Assembly (NCBI GenBank): GCA_021160845.1 | Contig: JAGHBT010000225.1 | Coordinates: 1 to 28,579, forward strand | Direction: 5' to 3' | DNA length: 28,579 nt | Source: a bacterium | GTDB lineage: Bacteria; Krumholzibacteriota; Krumholzibacteriia; Krumholzibacteriales; WJIX01 | Shown here: positions 8,527 to 17,353 of the stretch, one piece after another | Layout of the letters: each line of letters begins with the position of its first letter | Numbering within the stretch: the first letter of the stretch is position 1 | The notes under the pieces: generated by a model | What the model saw: only the letters and a program-made list of their open reading frames with translations | Database searches by the model: none | What the model was told of the DNA's origin: nothing | Program-made: the position numbers and the translations under genes

Positions 8527-10206
8527 CTACAATTTCATAATCACTTGGATAATTATGTCCATTTGGCCTGAAGAATCTGTTGAAAACAGCATATGAAATA
8601 ATATTCTTTTACAAGAAATTTCAAAGCCTAATGTACTGCGAAATCCGCTTCCTGATAGATATTTCCATGCAAAACCACCCTCTACTGAGGGCTGATAGTA
8701 ATAATAAAATGGGGTTCCTTCCAAAGCCTTATAAAACGCGAGCGAAAAATCCCCCTTGAAATGTCCATTCGGAAAAAGAAATTTCAGAGAGGGAGCAATC
8801 AGATAACCAAAATAATCTTCACTCCATGGCACTCTTATTGAATTACGAAAGGAAAAATACTCGCCGCCTTTACAGGTAAATAGAAATTTAAGCGCATTTG
8901 AACCCGAAATATATTCGATTCCACGCGGGACAAGAATTTCTCTTTTATACTCACCATATTTCCATTCGAGACACAGTTTCTTTCTCTTTAGTTTCTTAAT
9001 AAGCTGAAGACTCAAAGACAATTTTTCCGATAAAGAATATGAACGCCTGTTTACCCATCGCTCAATTGAGCATCGAAGATATAAACGCCGTGCCAACCCT
9101 CTCTCGACAACCGCCGACATTCCACCCTGTTCTCCATTTACTTTCCTGCCGTCTGACGGAATCTTACCCATAGAATTAGAAAAAGAATGATCAACCTTAT
9201 ATACAAGAAAACCTGTCTTCATTTTTGCGTTTTTTATCTTCCCGCCACACGAAAAGGCTCTTCCTCCACTTGGAGATAACGCCAGTTCAAAAGCAAGATT
9301 AAGATTCTCCTTTTCGCATCTGGCATCTAATCCGGTATGACGTGCCGAAACCGCGCTTCCCTCCTCAACGACCGACACCCCAAATCTTGATTCCCCAATT
9401 CTTACTTCCATCCTCCCTCCCCGGAAGGGATCGCCGCCAAAATTAAACCTCGCATCGTCATGCTCTCTGATCACCCCATTGTAAATGAGCGCCCTTAAAA
9501 ACCCCTTTTTATAATCAGCAGCCACCCCCCTGATTACCCTTCCATAAAAATAAGTCCCCATACTGACCCATTTATACTTATTTAATGGATACCCGTACGA
9601 AAAGGGGTAATAAAAGGAATGCCCACTCGCCACAAGTCCCATAGCAAAATCAGGAAGAAAATCCCCGGTGTGAACACGTAACTGCTTATTTAATAAGTTA
9701 AATAGCGAGTACGCGGTTACCTCGGTAATGTCGCAACTACTTCTAATCTTTACTCTGAAACTTGACAAGCCGTTCTCAATACGAATGTACCCATCATCTC
9801 TACAGTAAGGGAGGACTGTTAAACATCTCCTTGTATATCGCAAGGAAAGATCGTAATTCCTCGCGAAAGGTAATATTAAGAATCTCTTGTAGTTGTATAT
9901 CCTTTTTCTGTCATCAGGTGACAATAACAATATCCATTCACTGCTACCCCCTGACTTTTTTACCGCAGCAATCACCCTCTCGGCAAGAGTACCGGGAAAT
10001 CCGGGTATATCGAGGAGATATTCTATTTCGGCCTCGTTCGGATCAATCGGATTGTCTTCAAAATATCTGATAATTCTGTATTCTCCCTCGGAAAACCCAC
10101 CCGTTAAATCGGATATATATTCATCAGGCTCTTCAGCAAATAGATTCACATTGCCGAGAATTAGAAAAAAATTTATCCAGGTTAATATCCGGGTAATAAA
10201 ATTCAT
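8527..10206 (-). CDS. Helix-hairpin-helix (ComEA-like) domain fused to a probable outer-membrane beta-barrel
   Basis: Start moved to ATG 10206 (MNFITRIL), an ATGA overlap with the upstream stop, followed by a signal-peptide-like N-terminus. IDPNEAEIEYLLDIPGFPGTLAERVIAAVKKSG resembles the ComEA HhH motif. The rest is rich in alternating strands. Confidence 0.65.
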   Translation of the reverse strand: MNFITRILTWINFFLILGNVNLFAEEPDEYISDLTGGFSEGEYRIIRYFEDNPIDPNEAEIEYLLDIPGFPGTLAERVIAAVKKSGGSSEWILLLSPDDRKRIYNYKRFLILPFARNYDLSLRYTRRCLTVLPYCRDDGYIRIENGLSSFRVKIRSSCDITEVTAYSLFNLLNKQLRVHTGDFLPDFAMGLVASGHSFYYPFSYGYPLNKYKWVSMGTYFYGRVIRGVAADYKKGFLRALIYNGVIREHDDARFNFGGDPFRGGRMEVRIGESRFGVSVVEEGSAVSARHTGLDARCEKENLNLAFELALSPSGGRAFSCGGKIKNAKMKTGFLVYKVDHSFSNSMGKIPSDGRKVNGEQGGMSAVVERGLARRLYLRCSIERWVNRRSYSLSEKLSLSLQLIKKLKRKKLCLEWKYGEYKREILVPRGIEYISGSNALKFLFTCKGGEYFSFRNSIRVPWSEDYFGYLIAPSLKFLFPNGHFKGDFSLAFYKALEGTPFYYYYQPSVEGGFAWKYLSGSGFRSTLGFEISCKRILFHMLFSTDSSGQMDIIIQVIMKL

Positions 10207-11015
10207 CGTATCCACAACACACCAATCCCGGCGGAAAGCGTACTTCCGAGTACCGGATGATGATTCCAGGAAAAACCAAAATACCAATTGTTTCTTTGAT
10301 AAACCAACCCGGATGATATTTCATTCGTGTTAAACCCATAACCGGACAAGAGGCAAAAATCACTACTCAAATTAGCCTCTGCCCCCATTAGAAACTCATT
10401 TTCATTCCTTCGCAACACAGAGTAATTAACAAGCAGTGACAGAGGAAAATCGTTAATCGAAAACATAAATTTTGCCACCTCGTCAGCTGAAAAATCGGGG
10501 TCGTATATAATTCCTTCAAACCCGGATGTAAATATCTTTTTCCAATCGAAACTTATTGAAGTTTTTACCGTTCCGTCTGTTTCATACTCAAAACCTGTCA
10601 CTTTCCTACCACCAAATGCCGGTGATATCCCTAGCGAAAGCCCGCTTCGGGCAATTTCTCTAATCCACTGAATTTTAACGCGATCTTCTCTATATAGATC
10701 ATAATGAAGGAGAGACCATGACACCCATAGATTATTATTGCTATTACGAAATCCTATTTTTAGAAAGGAATCGGTGATGCCGTTTATAGAATACGGGTTG
10801 GAAACAGAGGAAATCAGCCCGAAATAATTTCCATTCGCTCTGATCCAATTCAGATTTGGAACAATATCAGGGTGTACTGCCCCATTTCTTGCCTTTATCC
10901 ATACCGGTATCCCTGCAATCACCGCCGGGGATATACCAATTATAAAAACAAATAACAGAACAAATAATATTACCCGCCGGCCTTCACGGCCAAACACCTT
11001 TTTTCTCTTCTGCAT
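10203..11015 (-). CDS. Hypothetical exported protein, probable small outer-membrane beta-barrel
   Basis: Hydrophobic signal segment (VILFVLLFVFIIGISPAVIA), amphipathic strands and an aromatic C-terminal strand (AGIGVLWIR). The start codon is uncertain. Confidence 0.65.
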   Translation of the reverse strand: MQKRKKVFGREGRRVILFVLLFVFIIGISPAVIAGIPVWIKARNGAVHPDIVPNLNWIRANGNYFGLISSVSNPYSINGITDSFLKIGFRNSNNNLWVSWSLLHYDLYREDRVKIQWIREIARSGLSLGISPAFGGRKVTGFEYETDGTVKTSISFDWKKIFTSGFEGIIYDPDFSADEVAKFMFSINDFPLSLLVNYSVLRRNENEFLMGAEANLSSDFCLLSGYGFNTNEISSGLVYQRNNWYFGFSWNHHPVLGSTLSAGIGVLWIR

Positions 11016-12736
11016 ACACTGCCACCCAACCCGTAGTACTCCACAACACAGATATAAAGACCGGTTACTACCATCCCCCCATTTGAATCAAGCCCATCCC
11101 ATAGGGTTGAAAAATAGTTCGCCCCATTCTTCTCCCCCGCGAGATTAACAATCTCCATTCCCTCCATATTAAATATTCTCACAAGAAACCCGGTATCTCG
11201 GGTTTGTGCCCTTCCGGAGATTACAACTCCTTTGTCCCTTGCCGGAGAAAAGGGGTTCGGCGAGATTGTAAATTTATCGTTTATTCCGAGAGCCCCGTGG
11301 AAGACCGAATTTGCCACTCCTGGAGTTGAACCGGCTGCGATAGAACAAGTGTGCCATAGTCCTCCCTCTATCGAACTGCATACAAAAGGAGAAAATCTCT
11401 CGATCGATATTCCTCTTTCTCCCTCTAGCATATCGTGGTATTCGATCTTCTCTACAACCCTCCCAAGCCTTCCCCTAAGAAGAATCTCCTCACAAGAAAA
11501 ATCGGTACTATAATCATTAAGCCCCGGCCAACCCCCTTCAACTCCATGAATCAAAACATCTCCATCAGAAACAATCCCTTTCATATCTCCAGGGAATTGA
11601 GCGAGAATCAAATACCCCCCAGGCGATATCACAAGATCATCACTGGTGATCAACCTAACTTTACGATTCGCGTCACTTAAAAAATAACCCTGTAAATTAA
11701 GTTTATTATCACCGGAATTATACAATTCGATCCATTCAGAACGGCCTGTAACCGGCCTGTACATAATTTCGTTTATTACAATATCAGTTGGGGAAAACAG
11801 AAAGGAAACAAAAGCTGTATCATTATTGCTGTTCCCGTCTATTTCTTCATCAAGAAATGCAAAGACCGACGCGCTGTCGAAAAACCCTGAAGCTGGAAAA
11901 TTGCATTCAATATCAATACTTTCTCCAGATTTTAATAGGTCGACATCACTGACTACAGTAAGTATTTCCCCTATACCATCCAAGGTATCAATTACGACTA
12001 TATGAACAAGACCGGAGAAATCATCAAGTCCACTATTGATTACTTCCAGTTTCAGATTAATCTGACCATTTGCGCAGGGCAAAAGGTCATCGTTTATTAT
12101 TGAAAGGGCAAGATCATTATCAAAGAAATTTTTTCTCATGGGCGTAGGGAAAACGGAAACAAAATCAAGATTATTATTTCCACTATCTTTTCCATCCGGT
12201 TTTCTCGCTATACTAAAGCCTTCCATCACATCGATCGTAGGTTCTGATTCATAGAGATCACTGAAACCTAGGGCTCCATAACCCACAAGGTCAACAACTG
12301 AACTATTATAGGTTAAACGCACGGCATCAGGACCATTCTGCAACACGCACTGCGCTATACAGTTCGGAGAGGGAATACAATCGACCCCACCGACAATAAG
12401 CATTCCGCCAAAAGCAAGATAGATATTATTTGTAAATTCATAATATGTCTCTGGTTTGCCTGTCCTTCCGTCAAGAAATTCAATACGGAAACCGGATAAA
12501 TTAATCGTTTCTTTTCCTGTATTCAGTAATTCAACAAACTCATGCCCGGTGTCACTCCCAGGATGATCATAATATATTTCATTGATTACGATCTGAGCGG
12601 AGCTTCGTGACGGGACAAAACATACCACGCCTGCTAAAAATGTTAACATCAACAATTTTACAAAAGACATGAATAAAGAAATTATATTTCTATGTGGAAG
12701 GAACTTCTTTCTGAAATCGCCTTTCAACATCATCAT
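10970..12736 (-). CDS. Secreted double lamin-tail-domain protein with CARDB-like Ig domain and FlgD/T9SS-type C-terminal domain
   Basis: Two LTD starts (IVINEIYYDHPGSDTGHEFVELLNTG and IVINEIMYRPVTGRSEWIELYNSG). C-terminal ISPNPFSP...VRIFNMEG...WDGLDSNGGMVVTGLYI. The SD GGAGG favours an ATG near 12736 rather than the GTG at 12745. Confidence 0.85.
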   Translation of the reverse strand: MMMLKGDFRKKFLPHRNIISLFMSFVKLLMLTFLAGVVCFVPSRSSAQIVINEIYYDHPGSDTGHEFVELLNTGKETINLSGFRIEFLDGRTGKPETYYEFTNNIYLAFGGMLIVGGVDCIPSPNCIAQCVLQNGPDAVRLTYNSSVVDLVGYGALGFSDLYESEPTIDVMEGFSIARKPDGKDSGNNNLDFVSVFPTPMRKNFFDNDLALSIINDDLLPCANGQINLKLEVINSGLDDFSGLVHIVVIDTLDGIGEILTVVSDVDLLKSGESIDIECNFPASGFFDSASVFAFLDEEIDGNSNNDTAFVSFLFSPTDIVINEIMYRPVTGRSEWIELYNSGDNKLNLQGYFLSDANRKVRLITSDDLVISPGGYLILAQFPGDMKGIVSDGDVLIHGVEGGWPGLNDYSTDFSCEEILLRGRLGRVVEKIEYHDMLEGERGISIERFSPFVCSSIEGGLWHTCSIAAGSTPGVANSVFHGALGINDKFTISPNPFSPARDKGVVISGRAQTRDTGFLVRIFNMEGMEIVNLAGEKNGANYFSTLWDGLDSNGGMVVTGLYICVVEYYGLGGSVCRREKRCLAVKAGG

Positions 12737-12762
12737 CACATCCACCTCCCCGGCTTAGAGTT

Positions 12763-12795
12763 GTGTAGACTACACCAAACCAAAACCCATTGCAA
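12763..12795 (-). promoter_or_regulatory. Putative promoter with an overlapping palindromic operator
   Basis: TTGCAA (12790-12795)-17 nt-TAGTCT (12767-12772). The perfect palindrome GTGTAG-A-CTACAC (12763-12775) covers the -10. Confidence 0.5.
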
Positions 12796-12855
12796 GAACT
12801 TTTTTAAAATTTTTTATGGAGTTTAAAGATGATCCCCTATTAACGGACGCCGTTC

Positions 12856-15030
12856 CTATACAAGTCCCCATATCTTTCTTAAAATCCACTCTGTGGTAAG
12901 AAAAAGGATAATTACAAAAAAGAATACTATATTTGAGCGAAAAGAAGTTGTACGAGTCATGTGGACTTCATTAACATGCGGGTTTAATCGATTAATAATC
13001 CCTTCTGCTTCATTTGGTACAAAGAACTGCCCCCCGGACTTTTTAGATAATCGCTTAAGGAAATCGCCATCCATAGATCTATGAATATATTCAACCGAGA
13101 GAGAATCAACGCTGAATTCAGTTTCTCCCTCAAACCCCTTGCCGGAATCCAGAATCTCCCTTGCCGCAACCCTGTAACGACCAGGACCGAGAGAGGGAAG
13201 CTTAACCCTAAAAACGCCCCTTTCCGGAATTTTCGGATCAAAGATAAAGGTCCGAATAAGCTCGTTCCCTTCCTTTTCCATTTTATAGAGCCTTCCCTTT
13301 ATGGCCTTAGGTAACCTCCTTTTTCCCAAATGCACTGATATCTGAGGCTCTTCCCCAGCATTGTACCTGTTCCTGGATGACACAACTTCGAGTGGTTGTC
13401 TGTCAGCACCGGAAGCAAAATATTGAATCAATGACGAGAAAAATGTATTGTAAATTTTCTCTCCCTCTATGCCCGCAAGTCTCCATCTCCAGAGTGGCAT
13501 CCCAAGCACTACACCCGACACCCCTTCTCCGCTGCGTTCAATAGCGACCAGGGGTTTTAAGTCACCTTTGTTTTCATCTAAATAAAGGGGTACGGTAGTC
13601 CCCATAGAAGGATTAAATCCTTCAAGATATACCGGCAGAGGAGGTAATTCATAAATCCCCCCGCATTCAGATAGCATTACGGAAACCGTGTTGTTACCCT
13701 CAGGGGAAAGTCTTAAATAGTACTCCCCCACGGACGCCCTAACCAAAGACAGCTTCTTTACCGGAATAATATCCTCGAGGAGCTTGAAAGATGAATCGTA
13801 TATTAATGGGCTACTTTCATCGGCAAGAAAAACAACTCCTCCACCTCCATGCACATAATCGATTAAAATATCCGCATTCTCGGCTATAGAGAAAGTCCTT
13901 TCGGCATCAGAAATAATAACCAGGTCATACCGTTTTAACCCATCGCTTCCTGATGGAAATTGCCACTTCAGATATTTTGGAATCTTTATATAACCCTGCC
14001 CCGGATTCCATGTAACAAAATCAAAATCAAACCTCTTCATTTCACCCGCGAGGTCACGCAAAAACTTCATATTCCAATCTGCATGCTCGTCTATATACAG
14101 AATATGCCTCACCTCTTCAAGTATCCCGAGGTTAAATCCCTCCGATCTTCTACCCGATAACTTCATTTCTTCACATTCCAGTATAATTTTCATCCTGTGA
14201 TCACTTGCTTTACCGGCAAGATAATCAAAAACGGCTCTATATTCACCTTCGCCATTTTCCGCTACGACCAATACACTATCTATTAACTCATCATCTTCAA
14301 ACAACCTTGCTTTTATGTGAACATTTTTTCTGAGTCCTTTAGCGGCTACGATAGTTTCAATCTTTGTTTTCATCCCGGAATAAACCCTTCTCTCATAGAT
14401 GATGTCTTCAATCGATAGATATCCACCCTTCAAAGTATTCCCAAATCCAATTGAATATACCGGAAGATTTATCCCTTCAATTAATGTTCTGTTGTTTGTC
14501 TGGATTCCGTCTGTAAGAAGTATTATTCCCGCCGGCTTAGAATACCTGTATCGATTGGCAACTGCTTCTATACTGCCTGTTATGTCAGTTCCCTCACCCT
14601 CTGCTTCAGGGATGCTATCGGCTTGCACCGGGTTTTTCCAGAGATTTTTTGAAAAAGGAATAATTTCTATATCAGCAGAATGTTTATCCCCGATATTTAT
14701 AAGTAACCCGTCGATAACAGAACGAGCAAATGCAATACGGCTTTCTCCTGAACAATCTTTTATGCTCATACTTTTTGAGACATCCACAAGTATTGGAATT
14801 ATTGGGGTTTTTTTCTCAGTGGCCAAATAGGTCAAAAGAGGATTTACAAAAAACAGAACAAGCGACAGAAAAGCCAGAGACCTCAGCCCCGCAAGAACAA
14901 ACCTCTTTGGACCGGAGATAGATGGAAAACATTTTCTATATATAAAAAGAGAAAAGAGTATAAGTACTGTGGCAGCGGCAAACCCCCATAGACCAATTTC
15001 AAGTAGTATATTTCCAACAGCTTCAAACAC
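12856..15030 (-). CDS. Membrane-anchored vWA-domain protein with an Ig-like region and a class I GATase-like region
   Basis: Two N-terminal TM helices; MIDAS residues LVDVSKSMS, GTDITGS and ILLTDG; central YDLVIISD...YVHGGGGVVF region; C-terminal TM (FFFVIILFLTTEWILRK). GTG 15030 follows the SD AGGAG (the track start is 15054). Confidence 0.85.
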   Translation of the reverse strand: MFEAVGNILLEIGLWGFAAATVLILFSLFIYRKCFPSISGPKRFVLAGLRSLAFLSLVLFFVNPLLTYLATEKKTPIIPILVDVSKSMSIKDCSGESRIAFARSVIDGLLINIGDKHSADIEIIPFSKNLWKNPVQADSIPEAEGEGTDITGSIEAVANRYRYSKPAGIILLTDGIQTNNRTLIEGINLPVYSIGFGNTLKGGYLSIEDIIYERRVYSGMKTKIETIVAAKGLRKNVHIKARLFEDDELIDSVLVVAENGEGEYRAVFDYLAGKASDHRMKIILECEEMKLSGRRSEGFNLGILEEVRHILYIDEHADWNMKFLRDLAGEMKRFDFDFVTWNPGQGYIKIPKYLKWQFPSGSDGLKRYDLVIISDAERTFSIAENADILIDYVHGGGGVVFLADESSPLIYDSSFKLLEDIIPVKKLSLVRASVGEYYLRLSPEGNNTVSVMLSECGGIYELPPLPVYLEGFNPSMGTTVPLYLDENKGDLKPLVAIERSGEGVSGVVLGMPLWRWRLAGIEGEKIYNTFFSSLIQYFASGADRQPLEVVSSRNRYNAGEEPQISVHLGKRRLPKAIKGRLYKMEKEGNELIRTFIFDPKIPERGVFRVKLPSLGPGRYRVAAREILDSGKGFEGETEFSVDSLSVEYIHRSMDGDFLKRLSKKSGGQFFVPNEAEGIINRLNPHVNEVHMTRTTSFRSNIVFFFVIILFLTTEWILRKIWGLV

Positions 15031-15060
15031 AGCTTCTCCTCTATCTGCAAACACCAGGAA

Positions 15061-15089
15061 AGTCTAATGTAAAAAGCAATAACATTCAA
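15061..15089 (-). promoter_or_regulatory. Putative sigma70-type promoter of the vWA gene
   Basis: TTGAAT-17 nt-TAGACT on the minus strand. The predicted start site near 15054 fits the GTG 15030 start. Confidence 0.45.
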
Positions 15090-15253
15090 GCCGGCAGAAA
15101 CAATATAATTCAACACTGGTATTGGAAAACGCCTGGGCATGATGATTGTAGCAAACTATTTTTCTTCGCCGATCAATCCAAACAGCGGCTTTAATCCGTC
15201 AAACCCGGATGCATGCGGAAACCCGGCAGGTTACCCCGCAAAGGTTCAGAATC

Positions 15254-15297
15254 ATGCAAAAAGAAAACGCCTTTCTCAAGAAGTTTCCCTTTTGCAT
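15254..15297 (-). terminator. Long stem-loop closing the STAS transcript
   Basis: Minus-strand ATGCAAAAGGGAAAC pairs with GTTTTCTTTTTGCAT (15 bp including 2 G-U pairs, 14-nt loop), 10 nt after the STAS stop. There is no classical U-tract. Confidence 0.55.
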
Positions 15298-15307
15298 TGT
15301 TTTTCTT

Positions 15308-15709
15308 TTAAATGATTTTTGTGCTCCCTGTTGTTTCTTTTTCTTTCTCAGGGATATTGCCAAAACTGGCGACTGCTTCTTCTACATTATCGTAGCTTTC
15401 AAGTATCGTTTGAAATTCAAGAAGCTCAAACACTTCATACACATCACCTACCATAGACGCAAGTTTAAGGTCTCCGCCATTCTCCCGGATTTTCTTAATC
15501 TCGCTAATAAAAATTCCCCACCCAGCAGAACTGACATAATCTACATCAGCTAAATCAATAATAATATCAAACCTCTGTTCTCGAAGAAGTTGTTTAATAC
15601 CCTTCTCCAATTCACTGGAGGTAGTTGTATCAATAAACCCACTCACATGTACAATAGAAATAGCTGAATTCCCTTCAGGTTTACTAAAAGAAATGCTAAT
15701 ATCATTCAT
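15308..15709 (-). CDS. STAS-domain anti-sigma-factor antagonist (RsbV/SpoIIAA-like)
   Basis: Motifs VHVSGFIDTTT, IIIDLADVDYVSSAGWGIF, GGDLKLASM and VYEVFELLEF. Confidence 0.92.
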   Translation of the reverse strand: MNDISISFSKPEGNSAISIVHVSGFIDTTTSSELEKGIKQLLREQRFDIIIDLADVDYVSSAGWGIFISEIKKIRENGGDLKLASMVGDVYEVFELLEFQTILESYDNVEEAVASFGNIPEKEKETTGSTKII

Positions 15710-15736
15710 GCTATTCTCTCTCTCTCAATTTGTATA

Positions 15737-16105
15737 CTAAGGCAAATTATTACTCTCTTGCGAATCGAAAGCAATCAGAGCATCCGTAGCCGATTCGTAA
15801 GGAGTTAACAGCGTGTCAAATTCTAAAAGCTCAAAAACGTCACGAACTTCGGGATTCATACCGGCAAGCTTTATATCACCTTTTTTTGCCCGTAAGCCTT
15901 TGATCTCAGAAACAAAAATCCCCCAACCCGCAGAACTAATGTAATCCACTTCCGTTAAATCAATTATCAACTTTACCTTGTACGCAACAATTAAATCATT
16001 AATCTTTGATTCAAGATAATAAGAAGTCGCGGAGTCCACTAACCCAGTCAGTTTCAATATTACCGTGTCTTCAACAAATTCTTCTTCAATATGCAACTCA
16101 TCCAT
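15737..16105 (-). CDS. STAS-domain anti-sigma-factor antagonist (RsbV/SpoIIAA-like)
   Basis: Motifs LKLTGLVDSAT, LIIDLTEVDYISSAGWGIF, KGDIKLAGMNPEV and VFELLEF. Confidence 0.92.
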   Translation of the reverse strand: MDELHIEEEFVEDTVILKLTGLVDSATSYYLESKINDLIVAYKVKLIIDLTEVDYISSAGWGIFVSEIKGLRAKKGDIKLAGMNPEVRDVFELLEFDTLLTPYESATDALIAFDSQESNNLP

Positions 16106-16151
16106 ATGTTAGATTCCCCTTTTCTTCTACAAACTGATACTAAAGCAAAGT

Positions 16152-17273
16152 TCAGTCCAACAACGCCTTTAATAATATAAAAACACCATGCCTTTCATTC
16201 TCGGTTAATCTTATATTCTTTTTGGCTTTTTCATAATCTTTATTAATCATAACCGCTTTTTCGAAAGCCTTCCCGGCTTTATCCATAAACATCTTACACT
16301 TCGCCGTATAAAGTATTCCAAGCGAGTTGTAAGCATCCGCAAAATTCGGATTTTGATCAACTATCTTTTTCATAGCATCCAGATACTTATCAATTTCAAC
16401 TGGATCAAGATTATTATCACTTTGAAGTATAATCAAATAAAGTTCACTAATCACTTTATCTATATAGATTCTATCTGAAGCCTCTTCGACAGAATCCAAC
16501 AACTTCAAAACCTCATCATATTTACCTTTGCTGAAAAGTTCCTTTACTTCATCTGTTTTATCCCCATTTAAAGAAGGATTCAGTGTAGCAACTTTATCAA
16601 GATACTCGTCAAAATCACCTTCCAGTTCATGCGATAACTCATAATCCTGCTTTATTATTGAATTCATTATGTAAGTTCGGACTATATTCAAATATGGCGC
16701 GCCATAATAGTAATTTAGCTCAATTGCGCGCTTAAAACTATCAACCGCGCGCCTGCACTCATTTCGCCTGTAGTATATCTTCCCCGCAAGATTGTGAAGA
16801 TCAGGATAATCGATCCTTATCTTTAGTCCTTCATTGACAGCTTTAAAAGCCTTAGAATATTCCCCAATTTTGTACCATGACTCGCTGACTATTTTATAGG
16901 GTTCCGCCCCCTTCTCACCCTTTTTTATCGCTGTCTCAGCCTCATCAACAGCTTCATGATAAAGGTTCCGAAGAAACAATGCATTCGCAATCTTAAGATG
17001 GAATGAGGATTTGTCGGAAGAACTGATCTTTTCCTTTACATCCAGAAGAAGAAGAAACTTGTCTCTATTTCGATTATGAATAACCTTTGCCAGTTCAATG
17101 GCTTCGTCCATTGATTTTTCTTCCTTCAGTTGATAAGTATCTGAATCAAAAGATATCCCCTTCTTAAAAAACACGGTTATCACAGACCGATCCCGTGGCA
17201 GAAAAGTGGTCTGTAGAAAATACTCCTCCCCACCCCTGTTTATTTCCTCTCTCAATTCAAAATTATCAGCCAA
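16152..17273 (-). CDS. Cytoplasmic tetratricopeptide-repeat protein with an uncharacterised N-terminal module
   Basis: TTG start after AAGGAG. TPR-like units include YPDLHNLAGKIYYRRNECRRAVDSFKRAIELN and FADAYNSLGILY. No signal peptide. Confidence 0.85.
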   Translation of the reverse strand: MADNFELREEINRGGEEYFLQTTFLPRDRSVITVFFKKGISFDSDTYQLKEEKSMDEAIELAKVIHNRNRDKFLLLLDVKEKISSSDKSSFHLKIANALFLRNLYHEAVDEAETAIKKGEKGAEPYKIVSESWYKIGEYSKAFKAVNEGLKIRIDYPDLHNLAGKIYYRRNECRRAVDSFKRAIELNYYYGAPYLNIVRTYIMNSIIKQDYELSHELEGDFDEYLDKVATLNPSLNGDKTDEVKELFSKGKYDEVLKLLDSVEEASDRIYIDKVISELYLIILQSDNNLDPVEIDKYLDAMKKIVDQNPNFADAYNSLGILYTAKCKMFMDKAGKAFEKAVMINKDYEKAKKNIRLTENERHGVFILLKALLD

Positions 17274-17308
17274 TCTTTCTCCTTTCAGTTTTCAAAATAC
17301 ATATATTC

Positions 17309-17336
17309 AGAATACTCCAAAATATAGCAGTGTCAA
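17309..17336 (-). promoter_or_regulatory. Putative internal promoter for the TPR-STAS-STAS genes
   Basis: TTGACA-16 nt-TATTCT in the 80-nt gap after parA. Confidence 0.5.
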
Positions 17337-17353
17337 AGCTTCATTTGAGCGAA

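Noticed and set aside
10133-10363. Short minus-strand ORFs overlapping real genes (also 2146-2382, 12984-13241, 17997-18185, 26970-27158)
   Set aside because: They are alternative-frame shadows inside longer, motif-supported CDSs.
12842-12854. AACGG-ACG-CCGTT hairpin as the vWA terminator
   Set aside because: A 5-bp stem with a 3-nt loop and no U-tract is too weak.
15180-15300. c-di-GMP or other known riboswitch
   Set aside because: The conserved GEMM elements (GGCAAAC, GCAAAGC, tetraloop-receptor layout) are not present in order on either strand.
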